Below, in pieces: positions 7,129-10,606 of a stretch of 10,606 nt of DNA. Each line of letters begins with the position of its first letter. The first letter of the stretch is position 1. A program made the position numbers and the translations under genes. The notes beneath the pieces are model-generated. The model did no database searches and was not told the origin of the DNA. It saw nothing but the letters and a program-made list of their open reading frames with translations. This stretch comes from Anaerolineae bacterium (GTDB lineage Bacteria > Chloroflexota > Anaerolineae > S140-20), in assembly GCA_027021705.1 (NCBI GenBank), contig JALUTT010000072.1:1-10606 (forward strand), written 5' to 3'.

Positions 7129-7806
7129 CTACTCCACCGCCTCATCCAGTTGGGAATGGGAGGAGGAGAGGGAAACCGGCTTCCGGGCCTTCTGAATGTG
7201 GTGGTAGATGTACCACCCCATCCCGGCCAGGATCGCGATGGCGATGGGGATGTCGAAAGGACGCATCATTGCCCGCAGCTCCTCCCAGTTGGCTCCAAAC
7301 TGGTATCCGCCCCAGGCCAGGGCCGCACACCAGATGAACGAGCCGACGAAGGCGAAGATGGTGAAGCGGACGAAGTTCATCCGCACCACGCCGGCCGGGA
7401 AGGAGATGAAGGTTCGCACAATGGGGAGCAGGCGTGAGATGAAGGCGGCCCAATCCCCCCAGCGGGCGAACCAGCGATCGGCCTGGTGCAAGTCGTGCTC
7501 GCTGATCAAGAGATAGCGACCGTACCGCTCCAGAAAGGGCCGTCCTCCATAGGCTCCCAGCCAGTAGGAGACGACAGAGCCAATAGTGCACCCCAGTCCT
7601 CCCACCAGTCCTCCCAACAACGTGGCCTCCCAGGCGCTCAGTCCCTTATCCAGGCCTAGCATCCAGCCGGCCAGAGGCATCGTGATTTCGCTGGGAATGG
7701 GGATGTTGGCGCTCTCCAGAGCCATCACCACCAGGACCCCACCCCACCCGATGGTCGTGAGCACCTGCTGCAAGAACGCGACGATCTGGTGTTCCAATGC
7801 TTCCAT
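7129..7806 (-). CDS. dedA: DedA family membrane protein (225 aa)
   Basis: ATG at 7806 with GGAGG at 7814-7818; MALESANIPIPSEITMPLAG, GRPFLERYGRY, FISRLLPIVRTFISFPAG. Confidence 0.93.
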   Translation of the reverse strand: MEALEHQIVAFLQQVLTTIGWGGVLVVMALESANIPIPSEITMPLAGWMLGLDKGLSAWEATLLGGLVGGLGCTIGSVVSYWLGAYGGRPFLERYGRYLLISEHDLHQADRWFARWGDWAAFISRLLPIVRTFISFPAGVVRMNFVRFTIFAFVGSFIWCAALAWGGYQFGANWEELRAMMRPFDIPIAIAILAGMGWYIYHHIQKARKPVSLSSSHSQLDEAVE

Positions 7807-7838
7807 AGATAAGCCTCCCCAAATTTGAGATAGAGGAG

Positions 7839-7867
7839 ATGATACTCTATTGGCCACGCTTTGTCAA
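7839..7867 (-). promoter_or_regulatory. Sigma70-type promoter for the dedA cluster
   Basis: Minus strand: TTGACA (7867-7862), 17 nt, TATCAT (7844-7839). Confidence 0.8.
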
Positions 7868-7912
7868 GGGATGCTTGGTTGATTTACCCATATCCTGGGG
7901 GTAGGAAGATTA

Positions 7913-7989
7913 GCCGTCCACGAATGGGACACGAATACACGGATGAGGAGCCGCCCCATTCGTGCATTCGTGAGAAATTCGTGGACGGC
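7913..7989. repeat. REP-like intergenic palindrome built from CACGAAT/ATTCGTG units
   Basis: Perfect 13-bp inverted repeat GCCGTCCACGAAT (7913-7925) / ATTCGTGGACGGC (7977-7989), enclosing CACGAAT 7930, CACGGAT 7938, ATTCGTG 7958 and 7966. Confidence 0.85.
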
Positions 7990-8015
7990 CTACCGCGGCC
8001 AGAGATGCCTGGGGG

Positions 8016-8061
8016 TTGCCACTTTGACCCTTTCGTGTTACAATAGCGGGTGCACCGCTAT
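8016..8061 (+). promoter_or_regulatory. Sigma70-type promoter of the recombinase-like gene with overlapping palindrome
   Basis: TTGCCA (8016-8021), 17 nt, TACAAT (8039-8044), extended -10 TG at 8036-8037; ATAGCGG-N5-CCGCTAT at 8043-8061. Confidence 0.7.
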
Positions 8062-8148
8062 ACGAAACCACGCAAAGGCCCAAAGAGAGACCGAACGCTC
8101 CCCCTCGTGGGTTCCTCGTGACCAAGAGACTTTCTCGCAGGAGGGGCA

Positions 8149-9072
8149 ATGCACGAACCCCAATCCACGGAAGAGACCGCTCCACGCCCGGAGCCTCCCT
8201 TCCCTCCCACCACGTCGCTGAAGGCTGCGATGGGCGCCTTCGAGCGGTACATGCGGCAGCAGGACTTCGCCGAGAACACCATCAAGTCCTTCCTCAACGA
8301 CCTGAAGATCCTGACCCAGTTCACCGGGGTCAGCCGGGCCGTCGGCAACATCGGTACCCGAGACCTGGAGGAGTTCCTGGAGTGGATGCAGACCAAACGG
8401 GGCGTCCCCTGCAGCCCCAAGTCCCTTGCCCGTCGCATCACCACCCTCAAGGTCTTCTTCGGCTGGCTGACCGAGGCCGGCGTCCTGTTGACCGACCCGG
8501 CGGCCCCCATCATCCACCATCCCGTCTCCACCCCCCTGCCCACGGTCCTCTCCGATGAGGAGATCGAACGCCTCCTCCAGACGACCCAAGCCCTCCGGCA
8601 AGGGGACCCTCCCGACGCCCGTCCCCACCTGCTGGTCACCCTGCTGCTGCACACCGGCATCAAGAAGGGCGAGTGCGTCCAGATCGAACTGAACCACCTG
8701 GACCTCTCCAACCCCGCCCAACCCTTCCTCTGGATTCGCTACAAGGACCCTCGCCATCACCACAAAGAGCGCAAGCTCAGCCTGCCCGACGGTTGGGCGG
8801 AGGTGCTGGCAGAGTATCGAGAGCAGTACAAGCCTCAGGATCGGCTTTTCCCTTGGACCGCCCGCAATCTGGAGTACGTGCTGCGGGACGTTGCCCATCG
8901 GGCCGACCTGCCTCGCGGGCTCTCCTTCGCGATGCTGCGCTGGACCTGTGCGCTGCGGGATTACAAGGCAGGGATGCCTGAGGAAAAGCTGCGCCGGAAA
9001 CTGGGGCTCTCTCCCGTGAGTTGGCGGGAGGTCAAAGTCAAGCTGACCCGACTGGCCGAACGGCCCCTCTAG
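8149..9072 (+). CDS. Tyrosine recombinase/XerD-like protein with degenerate active site (307 aa)
   Basis: SAM-like core-binding domain (AENTIKSFLNDLK, SPKSLARRITTLKVFFGWL), linker LPTVLSDEEIERLL, box I LLLHTGIKKGE, box II AMLRWTCA...KLGLS; GGAGG RBS upstream. Confidence 0.88.
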   Translation: MHEPQSTEETAPRPEPPFPPTTSLKAAMGAFERYMRQQDFAENTIKSFLNDLKILTQFTGVSRAVGNIGTRDLEEFLEWMQTKRGVPCSPKSLARRITTLKVFFGWLTEAGVLLTDPAAPIIHHPVSTPLPTVLSDEEIERLLQTTQALRQGDPPDARPHLLVTLLLHTGIKKGECVQIELNHLDLSNPAQPFLWIRYKDPRHHHKERKLSLPDGWAEVLAEYREQYKPQDRLFPWTARNLEYVLRDVAHRADLPRGLSFAMLRWTCALRDYKAGMPEEKLRRKLGLSPVSWREVKVKLTRLAERPL

Positions 9073-10298
9073 GCATTGCGGACGAGGAGCCAGGTGAGGC
9101 TGAAGAGGAAGGCACAGAGGAGGTAGAGAGCCGGCACGCCCAGCACCGGCAACAACCCATAGGCCAGAGGGGGCCCCAGGGCGCTGGTCAGGTCCCCGAC
9201 CGTGTGCAGGAGCCCCATCGCCCGCCCGCGCTCCTGCCCCTGGCTACCGTCGCCCACCAGCGCGATGGCCAGCGTCTGTAGTCCGCCGCTGACCACCACC
9301 CCCACCAGGAAGCCCAGGAAGAGGGCCAAGGGGTGAGGGAGGGCCAGGAGGACCATCGCCAGGCCGCCCAAGAGCAGCAGCCCCCGTCCCAGCCTCAGCC
9401 GGTCCCCGGCCCGGTCGGAGAGAAGGCCGGTCAACGGGGCAGAGACCAAGTTGAGCGGTAGGCGTAGGGCCAGCAGCCCCCCAGTCACCGTCGCGACGCC
9501 CACGCTCCGCCCCAGCAGGGCAGGCTGATCGCCCAGCCGCTGTTGGAGCAGGAGCCCCAGCGTGGCAACCACCACACCGGCGAAGGCGAAGCGGTTCCCC
9601 CCTTGGAGAAGGATGGCCGCCCGCAAAGGGGGCGAGAAATCCTCGATCCCCAGCAGGGATCTCCACCGGCCACCGCCGGGCTCTGACAAGGACTGATCCG
9701 GTCCGTCAGGGGTTGGGGACAGGGAGAGCAGTCGGGTCTCAGGTAGGAAGAGGAACACGGCCAGCGCCCCTAACGTCGTGAGAGCGGCACCGCTGCGCAG
9801 CGCTGCGTGGTACCCGATCCGGTCGGTCAATACGCCCCCCAAGAATGCCCCGGCCGCGACGCCGGTGAAGAACCAGACCTGGTAGAAACCGCTCCACCTC
9901 CCACGATCGGCATCGCCGGAGATGTCCAGGACCACCGTGTTCCCGCCGACCCAGATGGCCGACCAGGCCAGCCCCCAGAGCAGCCGGGCGACCAGGAGGG
10001 GCCAGAACCCCCGGGTCACGCCGACCAGCAGCGTCGAGAAGGCACCGACGAAGAAGGCGGGTACCAGCAGGTGGCGTCGGGGGAGGCGGTCATAGCCCGC
10101 CCCCATCGGTCCGTTGAGGAGTACGCGGATGGCCCGGTTGACACCTAGGAGGAGCCCGACGCTGGTCAGGGGAACGCCCGCCTCAACGGTGTGGGTAGGG
10201 AGGACGGTGTAGAGGGTCGCGTCGCCGATCAGGGAGAGGGCCGTGCCCAGTCCCAGAGGCCAGAGGACGCGGTGAGGAGCGGGACGGGCCGACGGCAT
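9069..10298 (-). CDS. Major facilitator superfamily transporter (409 aa)
   Basis: About 12 hydrophobic segments; motif-A-like GAGYDRLPRR and GLLSDRAGDR; ARLLWG, DRGRWSG and ERGRAMG; stop overlaps the convergent gene at CTAG 9069-9072. Confidence 0.9.
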   Translation of the reverse strand: MPSARPAPHRVLWPLGLGTALSLIGDATLYTVLPTHTVEAGVPLTSVGLLLGVNRAIRVLLNGPMGAGYDRLPRRHLLVPAFFVGAFSTLLVGVTRGFWPLLVARLLWGLAWSAIWVGGNTVVLDISGDADRGRWSGFYQVWFFTGVAAGAFLGGVLTDRIGYHAALRSGAALTTLGALAVFLFLPETRLLSLSPTPDGPDQSLSEPGGGRWRSLLGIEDFSPPLRAAILLQGGNRFAFAGVVVATLGLLLQQRLGDQPALLGRSVGVATVTGGLLALRLPLNLVSAPLTGLLSDRAGDRLRLGRGLLLLGGLAMVLLALPHPLALFLGFLVGVVVSGGLQTLAIALVGDGSQGQERGRAMGLLHTVGDLTSALGPPLAYGLLPVLGVPALYLLCAFLFSLTWLLVRNA

Positions 10299-10313
10299 TC
10301 GCGGCGAGTCCCA

Positions 10314-10589
10314 TCAACCGCCGGCCACGGGCGGGAAGAGGGCGATCACGTCTTCGGGCTGCACGGGCGTGTCCATCCCCGCCTGGTAGCGGATGTCGCG
10401 CCCGTTGACGAAGAGGTGATAGTGATGCCGGAGATCCCCCTTCTCGTCCAGGACCAGGGTCCGCAGGGTCGGATGCTGCTCGAAGAGCTTTTCCAGGGCA
10501 TCGCCGATCCGCGCGCCAGGCTCCACATCCACTTCCACCTCTTTGCTCCCCACCGCCTGGCGCAGCGTGGCGTAGAGCTTGAACTTCAT
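10314..10589 (-). CDS. moaD: MoaD/ThiS-family ubiquitin-like sulfur carrier (SAMP1-like, 91 aa)
   Basis: KLYATLRQAVG, LFVNGRDI, C-terminal DVIALFPPVAGG di-glycine; AAGGAGG RBS upstream. Confidence 0.88.
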   Translation of the reverse strand: MKFKLYATLRQAVGSKEVEVDVEPGARIGDALEKLFEQHPTLRTLVLDEKGDLRHHYHLFVNGRDIRYQAGMDTPVQPEDVIALFPPVAGG

Positions 10590-10606
10590 ACGTCGTCCTC
10601 CTTTCG

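Noticed and set aside
4058..7437. Long alternative ORFs (4058..5224, 4252..5457, 5663..6577, 6358..7437 and similar)
   Set aside because: Shifted-frame or antisense shadows expected at high GC; Arg/Gly/Pro-rich, no motifs, and overlapping well-supported genes.
7807..7857. Longer dedA start at 7857
   Set aside because: It lies inside the predicted promoter, whereas ATG 7806 has a well-spaced GGAGG.
8062..8125. c-di-GMP-I riboswitch in the recombinase leader (GAAA...CGCAAAG)
   Set aside because: The required flanking stems could not be built convincingly; only short word matches.
8149..9072. Integrase marking a prophage or genomic island boundary
   Set aside because: No tRNA, att-like direct repeat, phage/plasmid genes or obvious compositional shift, and the catalytic residues are missing.

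Overview
GC-rich bacterial chromosomal segment; the gene content and Pro/Thr-rich lipoprotein suggest Chloroflexota/Anaerolineae (inference). In coordinate order: a partial Rpn-like PD-(D/E)XK gene running off the left edge; a compound 7-mer/8-mer tandem repeat; a coupled minus-strand operon (TPR lipoprotein, membrane protein, suhB-like inositol monophosphatase) whose leader holds a solitary CRISPR-repeat-like sequence; an intact RHH antitoxin followed by a 47-aa truncated PIN/VapC toxin; a minus-strand cluster of GT4 glycosyltransferase, O-antigen-ligase-like/TPR protein and DedA; a REP-like palindrome between divergent promoters; a full-length tyrosine-recombinase homologue; an MFS transporter; and a MoaD/SAMP-like protein. 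The most striking item is the recombinase homologue. Its frame, promoter and RBS are intact, but the first Arg, both His positions and the nucleophilic Tyr are replaced, and there is no mobile-element context, so it may be a domesticated, catalytically dead DNA-binding protein. All family calls come from motifs recognised by eye; no searches were run.
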